A DNA stretch of 40,184 nt. Origin: a bacterium. Lineage in GTDB: Bacteria; Hinthialibacterota; Hinthialibacteria; Hinthialibacterales; Hinthialibacteraceae. Position 1 is the stretch's first letter; every line of letters starts with the position of its first letter. Shown here piece by piece: positions 10,255-21,647 of the stretch. The notes below the pieces were generated by a model that was not told where the DNA came from, did no database searches, and saw nothing but the letters and a program-made list of their open reading frames with translations. The DNA is taken from NCBI GenBank assembly GCA_041946805.1, contig JBHGBC010000042.1, positions 1-40,184 of the forward strand, read 5' to 3'. The position numbers and the translations under genes were made by a program.

Positions 10255-11448
10255 ATGTCGAAGAAGGAATTTGAAAAGAAGGTCCAAGCCATCTTTAAAA
10301 CGTATAACAGCCTCGTGGAAAAGAAAAACAAAAAGCAAAAGGGGGGCAACGGCATCTTCGACCGCTACAAGCGCCCCGTTCTGACCGCCGCGCACACGCC
10401 GCCCTGCTGGCGCTACGACCTGTATTCCCGGACGAATCCATATTGTATGGAGCGGATGGGGATCAACAGCGTGTTCAACGCGGGCGCGATCGAATGGAAC
10501 GGCTCGCTGTGCGTCATGGCGCGCGTGGAGGGCTGGGACCGCAAATCGTTCTTCGCCGTGGCCGAAAGCTCCACCGGCGTGGACCGTTTCCGCTTTTGGG
10601 ACGAACCGGTGGTCCTGCCCGCGCTGGACGAGCAGGAAACCAACGTCTATGACATGCGCCTGGTCCGGCACGAGGACGGGTGGATCTACGGCCTCTTCTG
10701 CGCGGAAAGCCACGATCCCCAGCAGCCGGACAACCTCTCCGCCGCCGTGGCCGCCTGCGGCCTCGCCCGCACGAAGGACTTGAAAACCTGGGAGCGCCTG
10801 CCGAATCTCAAAACCCGCTCCGAGCAGCAGCGCAACTGCGTGCTGCATCCCGAATTCGTGAACGGCCAGTACGCGTTTTATACCCGCCCGTTGCGCCATT
10901 TCGCCGCCACCGGTTCGGGCGAAGGCATCGGCTGGGGGCTGTCGCCTTCCATGGAAAACGCCGTCCTCGAGGAGGAGACGATCATCGACCGGCGCGAGTA
11001 TCACTCCATCAAGGAAGGCAAGAACGGCCTGGGGCCCGCCCCCATCAAGAGCGAGGCCGGCTGGCTGCATCTCGCCCACGGTGTGCGCGACACGGCGGCG
11101 GGCATGCGCTACGTGCTGTATCTGTTCCTGGCGGATTTGGAGGATCCCTCGAAGATCGTCAAGCAGCCGGGCGGCTATTTCCTCGCGCCCGAAGGCGGGG
11201 AGCGCGTGGGCGATGTCTCGAACGTCGTTTTTTCCAACGGCTGGATCGCCCGCGAAAACGGGGACGTCTTCATCTATTACGGTTCCTCCGACACGCGCCT
11301 GCACGTCGTCACATCAACCGTCGGCCGCCTGCTCGATTACACGCTGAACACGCCTCCGGACGGCCGGCGCTCTTCGGTCTGCGTTCAACAGCGGATGCAA
11401 CTGATCCAGGACAACCTGAAGATCAGAAAGAAACGGGACAGCCGATAG
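10255..11448 (+). CDS. GH130 4-O-beta-D-mannosyl-D-glucose phosphorylase
   Basis: [65 protein letters not shown]. Confidence 0.93.
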   Translation: MSKKEFEKKVQAIFKTYNSLVEKKNKKQKGGNGIFDRYKRPVLTAAHTPPCWRYDLYSRTNPYCMERMGINSVFNAGAIEWNGSLCVMARVEGWDRKSFFAVAESSTGVDRFRFWDEPVVLPALDEQETNVYDMRLVRHEDGWIYGLFCAESHDPQQPDNLSAAVAACGLARTKDLKTWERLPNLKTRSEQQRNCVLHPEFVNGQYAFYTRPLRHFAATGSGEGIGWGLSPSMENAVLEEETIIDRREYHSIKEGKNGLGPAPIKSEAGWLHLAHGVRDTAAGMRYVLYLFLADLEDPSKIVKQPGGYFLAPEGGERVGDVSNVVFSNGWIARENGDVFIYYGSSDTRLHVVTSTVGRLLDYTLNTPPDGRRSSVCVQQRMQLIQDNLKIRKKRDSR

Positions 11449-11794
11449 TCAAGTAGGATGGGTAAGCGCCGTGCAACCCATCAAAATTCGGCTCATCCGG
11501 CAAGCACGGTTATTTTCCGCTAGTCGGATCGCATCTCTTCGCAAAGAGGGATGAAAACCACCCCCGAAATTCCCTCTCCCTCGGGGAGAGGGCCCGGGTG
11601 AGGGAAGCCCTGGCAGGGCGAAATTCACCCTTTCTCCGCGGTTGGGTAAATAGAAACGAATACGGCGATGTTCCATAATGACCAGCCGGCCCAGGTCATG
11701 ATTTGAACTTACACGTTGGGAACGCGGGAGTGTGTATTGTGCCTGGCATATCCCGCCTGACTTTTCCGGCAAAGCTACTTAAGGAGGCCGATCC

Positions 11795-13681
11795 ATGCCT
11801 TGGGCATACTTTCTCCTTCTCCTGTTTGGCGTCGTCCATCCGCTTTTCGCCGAAACGCTTACCTTGCCGGTGGAGCAACGGCCCGCCTGGCTGAATGAAG
11901 AAGGCCTGGTCATGGCGGGCAGTTGGGAACCGTTGCTCTTCCGCGTCCGGCGCGATGGCGGCGCGGGATATACGCCCACCCCGGAGCAGCAGGATCAATA
12001 CCGGCGTGAACACAGTCCGGAAATGATCGGCCGGTTGAAAAAACTCGGGGTCAACTTCGTCATGATGCACTGCTACAAAGGATTCGGGAAGCAAGCCGAA
12101 GCGGAAAGCATGGCCGGCGCGGTGCGTTTCGCGCGGCTTTGCCATGAGGCCGGATTGCGCGTGGGGGTGTACAATTACAGCGGCGCGTTCGGCTGGGAGT
12201 TGTTCTTCCAGGAAGTCCCCCAAGCCCGGGATTGGGTGGTCCGTGACGGGGAGGGGAATCCCATCACCTACGGTGGCGCGGCCTATCGCTATTACTGGAA
12301 CCGCAACCATCCGGACGCCCTGGCGTTCTACAAAAGCCTCATCCGCTTTGCTGTCCGCGACATCCAGGCTGACCTGTTGCATTTCGACAACTATGTCATC
12401 GGCCCCGGCTGGGATGACAATTCGATGCGGCGGTTCCAGGATTATCTTCGGAACACAATCCCACCCTCCAGCGCAGGAACTTTGAATATCGAGGATTTGG
12501 CTTCGCTCAAGCAGTCGCTGGCCCGAGCGCCGGACGGCCGGCTGCGTTATGCCTGGCTTGATTTTGCCAGCCGTTCCCTGGCGGATTCGTATCATGAGAT
12601 GGGCCGGTACGCCCGGACTCTGCGCCCGGATATCTTGCTCGAGTGCAATCCGGGGGGTGTTTCCGAACGGATGGAAGCGCCGGTCGACCATGGCCGGCTT
12701 TTGACCGGCGGCGAGGCCTTTTGGGATGAAGGCCTTCCCTCCGGATGGAAAGACGGGAAACTCCAGACCCGCATTTGCACTTACAAAGTGGCCCGGCGCA
12801 TGGACAACCTGGCCTTCGCCTATTGCACCACGCCCCTGGAACTGGCGGAATCCATGGCCTTCAATCTGAACTGCCTGGGCTGCGTCACCTGGTTCGAATA
12901 CGGCAACCTCGTGGAGAAACCCGGTTCGGAAAAGCCGGTATCCAGCGAATTGGAACCATATATCCGCTTCTTTCATACCCGCCGCGGCCTGTTCCGTGAC
13001 ACGCGGGTGGCGGCCGATATCGCGGTCTTGCGCTCCTTCCCATCGCAGATGTTCGCCGATCCGCGGCATGCGGCGCTCACGGCCCGCGTGGAGCAAGGAT
13101 TCATCGAGAATCGGCTGCCCTTTCAGATTATATTCGATGCCCATCTCGCCGAGCTGAATCGTTATCGCGTTCTCGTTTTGGCGGGCTGCGTGGCGTTATC
13201 CGATGATCAGATAACTTTAATCAAGCAATTTGTGAAACATGGAGGAAATCTGTGCATTCTGGGAGAGGCCGGTATTTTCGATGAATGGATGAACCCCCGC
13301 CCCCGGGCTCCTTTCGATGACCTCCCCCCGTCCCGCGTGCTGCGCATCGAGGAGAGTGACGAGTTTCTCGAAACGTTTCGCGAAACGTATGAAAACCAAC
13401 TCTCGCTGGTGGTTGACGCGCCGGTGGGTTTGTGCGCCGAGCTGCTCGATCAGCCGGGACGGCGGGCGATCCATTTGGTGAATTTCAAAACCCCGGAGGT
13501 CATGAAAAATATCGCGGTGCGGATCCGGCTTCCCGAAGGGCAAAAAGCGGCCGCGGTGAACATCACCCTGCCGCCGCGGGAACAGGACCAACCGGTTCCG
13601 TTTGAATGGAAAGAGGGCCTGGTCAGTTTTTATATACCGGAAATCGTTGTCTACGCGATCGCCGGGATCCAATGGCAATGA
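11795..13681 (+). CDS. Secreted uncharacterised glycoside-hydrolase-like protein (TIM barrel plus class I GATase-like/beta-galactosidase trimerisation-like domain)
   Basis: AAGGAGG RBS; signal peptide; LHFDN and FWDEG acidic motifs; VLVLAGCVALSDDQITLIKQFVKHGGNL segment; lies inside the mannan cluster. Confidence 0.6.
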   Translation: MPWAYFLLLLFGVVHPLFAETLTLPVEQRPAWLNEEGLVMAGSWEPLLFRVRRDGGAGYTPTPEQQDQYRREHSPEMIGRLKKLGVNFVMMHCYKGFGKQAEAESMAGAVRFARLCHEAGLRVGVYNYSGAFGWELFFQEVPQARDWVVRDGEGNPITYGGAAYRYYWNRNHPDALAFYKSLIRFAVRDIQADLLHFDNYVIGPGWDDNSMRRFQDYLRNTIPPSSAGTLNIEDLASLKQSLARAPDGRLRYAWLDFASRSLADSYHEMGRYARTLRPDILLECNPGGVSERMEAPVDHGRLLTGGEAFWDEGLPSGWKDGKLQTRICTYKVARRMDNLAFAYCTTPLELAESMAFNLNCLGCVTWFEYGNLVEKPGSEKPVSSELEPYIRFFHTRRGLFRDTRVAADIAVLRSFPSQMFADPRHAALTARVEQGFIENRLPFQIIFDAHLAELNRYRVLVLAGCVALSDDQITLIKQFVKHGGNLCILGEAGIFDEWMNPRPRAPFDDLPPSRVLRIEESDEFLETFRETYENQLSLVVDAPVGLCAELLDQPGRRAIHLVNFKTPEVMKNIAVRIRLPEGQKAAAVNITLPPREQDQPVPFEWKEGLVSFYIPEIVVYAIAGIQWQ

Positions 13682-13693
13682 CAAAAAGGATAA

Positions 13694-15190
<1,497 letters not shown>

Positions 15191-15199
15191 TGGTGAGCC

Positions 15200-15699
15200 G
15201 GCAGGATGGATTAGCGCGCGGCGCGGCTCCCAATAGAGCTTCGCCCTCTCCCTTGAGGGGAGAGGGACGGGGTGAGAGTGAAGGAGACGTGGTAAGGATG
15301 TAAAAGAGACGCCCCTACAATGATATTGATATGCGTTGAACAGCCGGACCCCGCTTTCGCGGGGATGACATCCTTGGAAGACTTCTGTGTAAAGATCAGC
15401 CCAGATTATTCATTGCGAAAACACACGCGAACCTGCTTCCCGGCGGGGATTTTTCCTGGTTCATCCGGGAAATGCGTACATCCGAATCCTATACCCAGGG
15501 TTGAAACCCGGGGCTGCTGTAAAGCCGTCCCCGAAAGGGAACTTATTTTACCGATAAGTAAACGGCGATACGCAAATGGAAGAGAAAAACAGTGCGATCA
15601 GGCTTTCCCTCACCCTGGCCCTTTCCCAGAGGGAGAGGGAAGTTGGGGTAGTCCTCTCCAGCCTGATCCATTGGAAACCGATCGCCTCCTTTAGAAAAT
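15200..15699. repeat. REP-like mosaic between convergent genes
   Basis: GCAGGATGGATTAG hairpin, CCCTCTCCC family (twice), CCCCGCTTTCGCGGGGATGAC, CCCAGGGTTGAAACCCGGG. Confidence 0.75.
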
Positions 15700-15746
15700 G
15701 TACGCACTGGCCGGGTGAACCCTTTCCCTCCTGCCGGATGTGAATC

Positions 15747-16655
15747 TCAGCCTTTCAGCACTTCGGCGATATGCCCGATGGAATCATCCACCTGGGCGGG
15801 ACCGGTGAAGCCGATGGTCATGGCGTCCACCAGTTTGTTGTCCAGGACATAACGCAGAGAGGCGTCGCGGTCCTCTTTTTTGGTCAGGTCGCCGCAGCCG
15901 TAGATTTTCATGCCCACCACGAACTTGCCGTTCTTGCGCGCCTGCCGCAACACCGACGCCACCTCGGCCGGCCGCCCGTCCATCTTTTTCTGCTTGTCGT
16001 TGATGCGCGAGAAGATCAGCTCCGTCCATGGGTCTTCCGCCGCCACACGCAACGCCTCCAGGCTGTGGCAGGAGCAGCCCACCACCTTCACCACGCCCTT
16101 TTCCTTCAGTTCCAAGAGTTCCTCGCGGATCTGTTTCTGCTGTTCGGGCCAGCGGGGATTGGTGACGCAATGCACCAGGCAGATGTCGATCACGTCCGTC
16201 CCCAGTTCCTGCCGGAAGCGCTCGATTTCGGATTTGGCGGCCGTGGCCGCCTTCATGCCGCCCCCGCCGGCGAACCAGATCTTGCTGAGCAGCACCACCT
16301 GGTCCCGCGGGATGAATTGCAGCGCGTTTTTCATGAAAGGATGCGAGCCGTACAGGTCAGCCATGTCGAAGAAGTTGATGCCGCTGTCGAAGCTGTGGCG
16401 CATGAGGCTCGTGTAACCGTCCATGCCCAGGCGCGTCTGGTCGGATTGCTTCTGCCAGCCGTTCGCGCCGGTTCCTTGGGCGAGCATCGAGACCTTGATC
16501 CCGGAACGGCCGATCTCGATCCGGTCCGTGGCGGCCGCCGGTTTCGGGGATTCCGGTTTCGCCTCCCGCGCCGCCGCCCAACCGGGCAGCGCGGCCGCCG
16601 CGCCCGCGCCGAGCGCGCCCGCGCGCATGAATTCACGCCGTGACAGTTGGTCCAT
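15747..16655 (-). CDS. Aldo/keto reductase with twin-arginine (Tat) signal
   Basis: MDQLSRREFMR Tat motif; GINFFDMADLYG, LLSK, ICLVHC, VGCSCH, GMKIYG; GAGGAG RBS. Confidence 0.88.
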   Translation of the reverse strand: MDQLSRREFMRAGALGAGAAAALPGWAAAREAKPESPKPAAATDRIEIGRSGIKVSMLAQGTGANGWQKQSDQTRLGMDGYTSLMRHSFDSGINFFDMADLYGSHPFMKNALQFIPRDQVVLLSKIWFAGGGGMKAATAAKSEIERFRQELGTDVIDICLVHCVTNPRWPEQQKQIREELLELKEKGVVKVVGCSCHSLEALRVAAEDPWTELIFSRINDKQKKMDGRPAEVASVLRQARKNGKFVVGMKIYGCGDLTKKEDRDASLRYVLDNKLVDAMTIGFTGPAQVDDSIGHIAEVLKG

Positions 16656-16725
16656 GTTCACACTCCTCGTTCGAGCAGAATATTGGCGATCAAACCACTC
16701 GGAATCAGGCTGGGATGATGGAATC

Positions 16726-16754
16726 AGTATACACAAAGAAGGGAGGTTGTCCAA
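16726..16754 (-). promoter_or_regulatory. sigma70-type promoter of the aldo/keto reductase
   Basis: Minus strand TTGGAC-N17-TATACT with extended -10 TG. Confidence 0.55.
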
Positions 16755-16871
16755 AAAACGGAGGTTGCATGGGCTGTTGACCAAGGATGAGAAAACCGGA
16801 ATGCGGAATCGTACCCATTTCTTCCGCTAAGCATGCATTTCCCAAATGAACCTTAAAAAAGAGATCCCCCC

Positions 16872-18320
16872 TTACGGCAACTCCCGCGGCGGGGTGGTGG
16901 ATCCGGAGAGTTTTTCGACCGGCAGCTGCGGCGGGACGGGAAGCGCCGGGACGGATTGGACGGCGGGGCTGGGGGCCGTGGGGGGCTTGCGCCATTGAAA
17001 CTGGGTCTGCAGGTTCATGTTCATCTTCTGGGTCATGTTGGTGGTTTTGTTGGGAGCGGCCGTTGATCCCGCCTGGAGGGACGGCAGGTTGTTCATATTC
17101 AGGTTCAGGTTCCACATCCCGTGCTGAGTGGTCTTGATCACCGCGCCCTGGTCGATGTTGAATTCGATCTCGCCCTCCAGCTGCACCACCAGGCCGCCCG
17201 CCTTCACGGACGGCGATGAGGACCGCGTTCCGGACGCGGCGGTTCCGAGAGGCGCGGTCTGGAGTCCGGGTTGCGCCACCCCGCCATTGGCCGCGGCGGC
17301 TTGCCCGGCCAGCCGCGTGACTTCCTGTTCGAGCCGTTCCTCCTCGCTTTTCGTCAAGCCATTCCGGGTATTGGTATACGAGTCCTTCCCGAGGGTCCGT
17401 TCATTCCTTGATTTCGTTTGCCCAGTCCGTTCGCCGGCCGCGGCGGCCTGGTTGGCCAGCCGCGCCACTTCCCGCGCGAGCCGTTCATTTTCGTTGGCCG
17501 AATTCCCGTTTCCCGGAAGGGACGCGGGCGTCTTTCCGCTGGTCCGGGCGCTCTTCTGCCCTATAGACGGCGCCGCGCCGCCCGCTTGCGCGCCACCCAG
17601 ATTGGGCAGAACCGCCCCCGGAGCGGCGAGGATTTCGTTGCCGCCCAGTCCCAGTCCGGACAGATCGGTCAATTTCTTGTAGCGGATCACCGCCACGCGT
17701 CCCTGAGGAGTCTGGATCACCCGCGACAGCTGGTATACTTCGTTCCCGGCCGCGCCACCCGTCCCGGCCCCCGGCAGGATGAGAATTCCCTTTTCGTTCC
17801 AGACGGAACCGATGCGCACCGGTCCGGCGGGAAAGGTGGGAAATTCGAAACCGCCCGAATCCCCCACGGAGGCAGGCAGGGCGATTCCCAGCTGTTCGAA
17901 CGAAAAATCGCCGCCTTCCTTGATCATCCCCAGCGGGGTGATATCGAGGGTCATCTGGTCCGCGCCGAACATCACCTGCTGGAGCTCATCCCCGGTGAGG
18001 TTTTTGTTGAACGAGGCGTTGTCCATCTTGCCCTGGGTCTGGATCTGCCGCACGGCCACGTCCACCCGCGCGTTTCCCATGCCGTCCACCGACGAGACCT
18101 GGAAATCACGCGTCATCCGCATGCGCAGCTGGGTGGCGGCCTTCTGCCCGGTCAGGAGCGAATCGCCCACCATGTCGATCTGGGTGACGGCCCGGCCGAC
18201 CTGCCCGGAAACCAGGTTGTTCCGCAACAAAAATTCCTGCCCGAAGGCAGGCCCGGCGAGACACAACACGAATAACGCCAACCATGCTACCACGGGGCGG
18301 AAAAAAGAGTTCATCATCAC
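16872..18320 (-). CDS. Secreted hypothetical protein with an internal duplicated helical segment and low-complexity linkers
   Basis: Signal peptide ending PAFG; beta-rich segments; two copies of ExERLxxEVxRLAxQAAAA 147 bp apart; Pro-rich C-terminus. Confidence 0.7.
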   Translation of the reverse strand: MMMNSFFRPVVAWLALFVLCLAGPAFGQEFLLRNNLVSGQVGRAVTQIDMVGDSLLTGQKAATQLRMRMTRDFQVSSVDGMGNARVDVAVRQIQTQGKMDNASFNKNLTGDELQQVMFGADQMTLDITPLGMIKEGGDFSFEQLGIALPASVGDSGGFEFPTFPAGPVRIGSVWNEKGILILPGAGTGGAAGNEVYQLSRVIQTPQGRVAVIRYKKLTDLSGLGLGGNEILAAPGAVLPNLGGAQAGGAAPSIGQKSARTSGKTPASLPGNGNSANENERLAREVARLANQAAAAGERTGQTKSRNERTLGKDSYTNTRNGLTKSEEERLEQEVTRLAGQAAAANGGVAQPGLQTAPLGTAASGTRSSSPSVKAGGLVVQLEGEIEFNIDQGAVIKTTQHGMWNLNLNMNNLPSLQAGSTAAPNKTTNMTQKMNMNLQTQFQWRKPPTAPSPAVQSVPALPVPPQLPVEKLSGSTTPPRELP

Positions 18321-18457
18321 AACTCCCTGGCACCGGCGTATGGGGATCTATTAAAAGTCTATCACGAAGGGGAGGTTTTGCCTAAAGAAAATGGGCATGG
18401 GGGAGGATTTACATATATCAAGCGGATTAAACCATTTCCATTCCGCCAGCCCGCGAA

Positions 18458-18721
18458 TCACCGGAACAGGGATTGCAGACGGAATTTGGAACGCTTTTCC
18501 TGGCCGATTTGGTCGACATGCGCGTCGATTTTCTTCTGGATCCGGGCTTCCGCGGGGGTTTGCGGGGCCGGCGGGGGGGAATCAGCGGCTTTCGTAACCG
18601 TGGCCGTGGATGAAGCCGCGGGAGAAGAGGCCGCGGACTGGGATTTTTGTGTGGAAGCGCAACCGGCCCCGGCCGCCAAGATGGAAAACGAAAGGACAAA
18701 AGGCCATATTTTCTTGATCAT
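18458..18721 (-). CDS. Small lipoprotein (87 aa)
   Basis: MIKK + hydrophobic stretch + GAGC lipobox; Ser/Ala/Pro-rich linker; charged C-terminal helix. Confidence 0.65.
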   Translation of the reverse strand: MIKKIWPFVLSFSILAAGAGCASTQKSQSAASSPAASSTATVTKAADSPPPAPQTPAEARIQKKIDAHVDQIGQEKRSKFRLQSLFR

Positions 18722-18850
18722 TGGGGTGGTCCTGTCAACGGATGGTGAGATCGATTTTTGAAACGGCCATTGGCATGCATGAATTGTAACGGAATCCGAA
18801 TGGGGAGGTAATGGCCGCCCGGGGGGGAGTGAGCGAAATGGATCGCAAAC

Positions 18851-18879
18851 TTGCCGTTGCCGGATCGAGCGGGTATACT
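18851..18879 (+). promoter_or_regulatory. sigma70-type promoter of thioredoxin
   Basis: TTGCCG-N17-TATACT. Confidence 0.6.
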
Positions 18880-18956
18880 CTTCGTACCATACGTGATCCG
18901 CAGAGTATGATCACCTGCTGTCGAGACCCAACGATTGCAGAACGCAGGAGAAAATT

Positions 18957-19286
18957 ATGTCACATTCCATCGAGATCCAGGGCGGCAATTTCGAGACCGA
19001 AGTGCTTGAATCGGAGGTTCCCGTATTGGTGGATTTCAGCGCTTCCTGGTGCGGTCCCTGCCAAAAGGTTGCGCCCTTGGTTCATGAATTGGCCGAGGAA
19101 TTCGCGGGGCGCGCCAAGGTGGCGACAGTCGATGTCGACACCAACCAGGATCTGGCCATGCGGTACGGGGTTATGAGCGTGCCGACGCTGATGATCGTCA
19201 AAGGCGGTGAAGTCGTCAACAAGTGGATCGGCTTCACCTCGAAGCAGGTCATGTCCGACGCCCTCGAGACGGCGATCGCATCCTGA
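18957..19286 (+). CDS. trxA: Thioredoxin
   Basis: VLVDFSASWCGPC, GVMSVPTL; AGGAG RBS. Confidence 0.97.
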   Translation: MSHSIEIQGGNFETEVLESEVPVLVDFSASWCGPCQKVAPLVHELAEEFAGRAKVATVDVDTNQDLAMRYGVMSVPTLMIVKGGEVVNKWIGFTSKQVMSDALETAIAS

Positions 19287-19316
19287 ATCATTTGCGTTTT
19301 CGTCTGAGATGTTTAC

Positions 19317-19346
19317 GCCGTTGAACCGCCGGTTCGACGGCTTTTT
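19317..19346 (+). terminator. Intrinsic terminator after trxA
   Basis: GCCGTTGAAC-loop-GTTCGACGGC followed by TTTTT. Confidence 0.75.
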
Positions 19347-19459
19347 CATTTTTCCTTCCCCTTCCAATCTGTTTACACTTTTCGAAAAGCGTGTTACATC
19401 CTATTTCAGAAGATTTCTGGTCACCGTTTTCATATCGGGGCCATGGGGGAGAGTGCGTC

Positions 19460-21208
19460 ATGAATACCGAACCGCGGACCGGCGGACCGTGTTTCCGCCG
19501 GTGGGGAATCCGCTTGATCGAAGCCCTGCGCGACGCCGCGGATTGGTTCGCCGCCAATCCCATCACCCTGCGCGAATTCATCCGTCAGGCGCGCGGCTTC
19601 CGGTTTTGGATCCTCCTGGCCGCGGTGTTGAGTGGAGGTTCGGCGGTCCTCTGCCTGGTGTGGGCGTCGTACTCGCAGGTCTTTTTGACTCTCGAACCGT
19701 TTCCCATCGGGCGGATCCTCTATTTCGCGATCATCTCCATGGAATTCCTGATTATCGTGGTCTTCCTGCCGGGGATCGTCGCGCACGGCCTTATTTCGGA
19801 ACGGGATCAGAACACCTTTCCCCTATTGCTCACCACTCCGCTGTCCGCCGGCCGCATTCTGGGGGGCAAACTGATTTCCACCCTGGGAGTGATGGTCCTG
19901 TTGATCGTGGCCACGTTTCCCCTTATATCCATCTGTTTGGCCCGGGGGGGCGTATCGCCGCTGGAAGTGGCGTTGGGCAGCGCGGGGCTGGTGTTGGCTT
20001 GTTTTTTGGTGGCCTCGTTCGCCATCTTTCATGCATTGCAGGCGCAATCCATCTTCGGCGCGATACTGCTAACCCAGCTGACCTCCTTTTTGTTCTTCGC
20101 CGTGGGGGGATCGATCCTCGCCTTCTGGGTGGGCATCCTGTACGCCCTCCTGGCCTTGTTGATCCAGATCTACAACATGTATGCCCCGGCATCGCTCAAT
20201 CCTCCCCTGCCGGAACTGTGGAGTTGGACGATGGCGGGGATCGGCTTGCTGTTCTTCGCCGGCGTGCCGGTGTTTGTCCTGCGGGCGTCGCGGTCACGGT
20301 TGCGGTATGCCGAGCCGGCCCCGCGGCAGTTTTGGGAAATGCGGCGCGCGCGCCATTTCCAGTTCGGGCAAACGGTCCAAAATCCCCATGGTACCCGGGC
20401 GGCGCGGTCCTGGTGGGAATACGCGGATGGGCAGAATCCCATCCGGGTCCGCGAACGGCTGGGCTACGCCGCCTCGCAAATGCTGTTTCATCTCGCATCC
20501 TGGTACCTGGTGATCCTGCTGGCCCATGTTTTCTTTTTGATGAGCCCGCTGCAGGAAGGGCGCTGGGTGGCCATCTTCACGCTGATCTTCATCGCCCAGC
20601 TCGTTCCCGCCTACGCCGGGCCGTTGTTCGCGCGCGAGAAGGAACGGGAGACGTGGGAGCTGCTGATGACCACGATCACCCACACGCGGATGCTGCTTCA
20701 CGGCAAGCTGGCGGGCGCGTTGTCTCAATGTTTCTTCCGCGCGGGCATTTTGTTCGGTGTCCCGTTTCTTCTCTCCTCGCTGCTGTTTGGTTTTGTTCAA
20801 TTTTGGGGACTGACGGACGGAACCCCGTTTTACCTGGCGCATATCCTGGGTTATGCCCTCATCCTGCTGTTGCACTTGTTCTTCTTGATGCAAGCGGGGG
20901 TCTACGGCTCGATCCATTTCGCCAAGGTGAGCCAGGCCACGACCGGGGGGTATTTGCTGGCCTGCGGTGTCCTGGCGCTGCCGTATATGCTGGCATTCAT
21001 AATGAGCCAGATCGATCCGGCCTGCGATGCCACCATGATCAAGATGTTCAGTCCACTCTATCTGCTCTATCACTTCCCCACGCCGGAAACGCCGTGGGAT
21101 CACATCCACGATTGGCTCTTCCACGCCGGCCGGCATTTCCTCTTTTATCTCAGCGGGACCTTGTTGTTGTACGGATTGAGTCTGCGGGAATTGAACCGGA
21201 TACGGTAG
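19460..21208 (+). CDS. ABC-2-type permease-like membrane protein with two homologous halves
   Basis: Duplicated NPIxxRE and E(R/K)xxxTxxLLxTT...GKL motifs; many TM helices; no ATPase gene nearby. Confidence 0.75.
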   Translation: MNTEPRTGGPCFRRWGIRLIEALRDAADWFAANPITLREFIRQARGFRFWILLAAVLSGGSAVLCLVWASYSQVFLTLEPFPIGRILYFAIISMEFLIIVVFLPGIVAHGLISERDQNTFPLLLTTPLSAGRILGGKLISTLGVMVLLIVATFPLISICLARGGVSPLEVALGSAGLVLACFLVASFAIFHALQAQSIFGAILLTQLTSFLFFAVGGSILAFWVGILYALLALLIQIYNMYAPASLNPPLPELWSWTMAGIGLLFFAGVPVFVLRASRSRLRYAEPAPRQFWEMRRARHFQFGQTVQNPHGTRAARSWWEYADGQNPIRVRERLGYAASQMLFHLASWYLVILLAHVFFLMSPLQEGRWVAIFTLIFIAQLVPAYAGPLFAREKERETWELLMTTITHTRMLLHGKLAGALSQCFFRAGILFGVPFLLSSLLFGFVQFWGLTDGTPFYLAHILGYALILLLHLFFLMQAGVYGSIHFAKVSQATTGGYLLACGVLALPYMLAFIMSQIDPACDATMIKMFSPLYLLYHFPTPETPWDHIHDWLFHAGRHFLFYLSGTLLLYGLSLRELNRIR

Positions 21209-21647
21209 GGGGTGGGGGGTGGATTTGGGTGGATTCCGCAACGCTCAATCCATCCAACGGGGCTCCTGACAAGGGCGGACACCCCGGTCCGTCCCTGCAC
21301 AATCCCCTCGCTCCGGCCTTCTCCTGGAGGGAGAGGGAGATTGGGGTGGTCCTATCAGGCCTGATCAATTGGAAACCGATCACACCCTTTTGAAAATAAA
21401 CGCCCGTATCGGATGAGCCATCTATTTTTACCCTCTCCAGGGAGTGTCAATCCCGGCTATTCCTACTCAATCCCATTGGAACAGGAGGCAGACGGGAAGC
21501 CTGCGCCATGACCGGCCGGCTTCCCGCCCGCACGGAGAGGGCATCCTGATAAAACCTTTGGGTAAAGATCAACCGAAGTTTGGGGGGGGATCTCGGAGGA
21601 TCCCGCGGGATCGAGAACATCCGCACGGAACGCAATCCAAAACCAAC

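Noticed and set aside
1611..13144. Long antisense ORFs (1611-3224, 4837-6339, 6340-8925, 10228-11304, 11696-13144) and similar ones later (19207-21393, 25908-26963, 28229-29290, 29254-30393)
   Set aside because: Shadow frames of GC-rich genes; they overlap well-supported CDSs and show no family motifs
18427..18460. Possible TGA read-through (selenocysteine) or frameshift at the end of the small lipoprotein
   Set aside because: Downstream codons look non-coding and no SECIS-like hairpin or redox motif is evident
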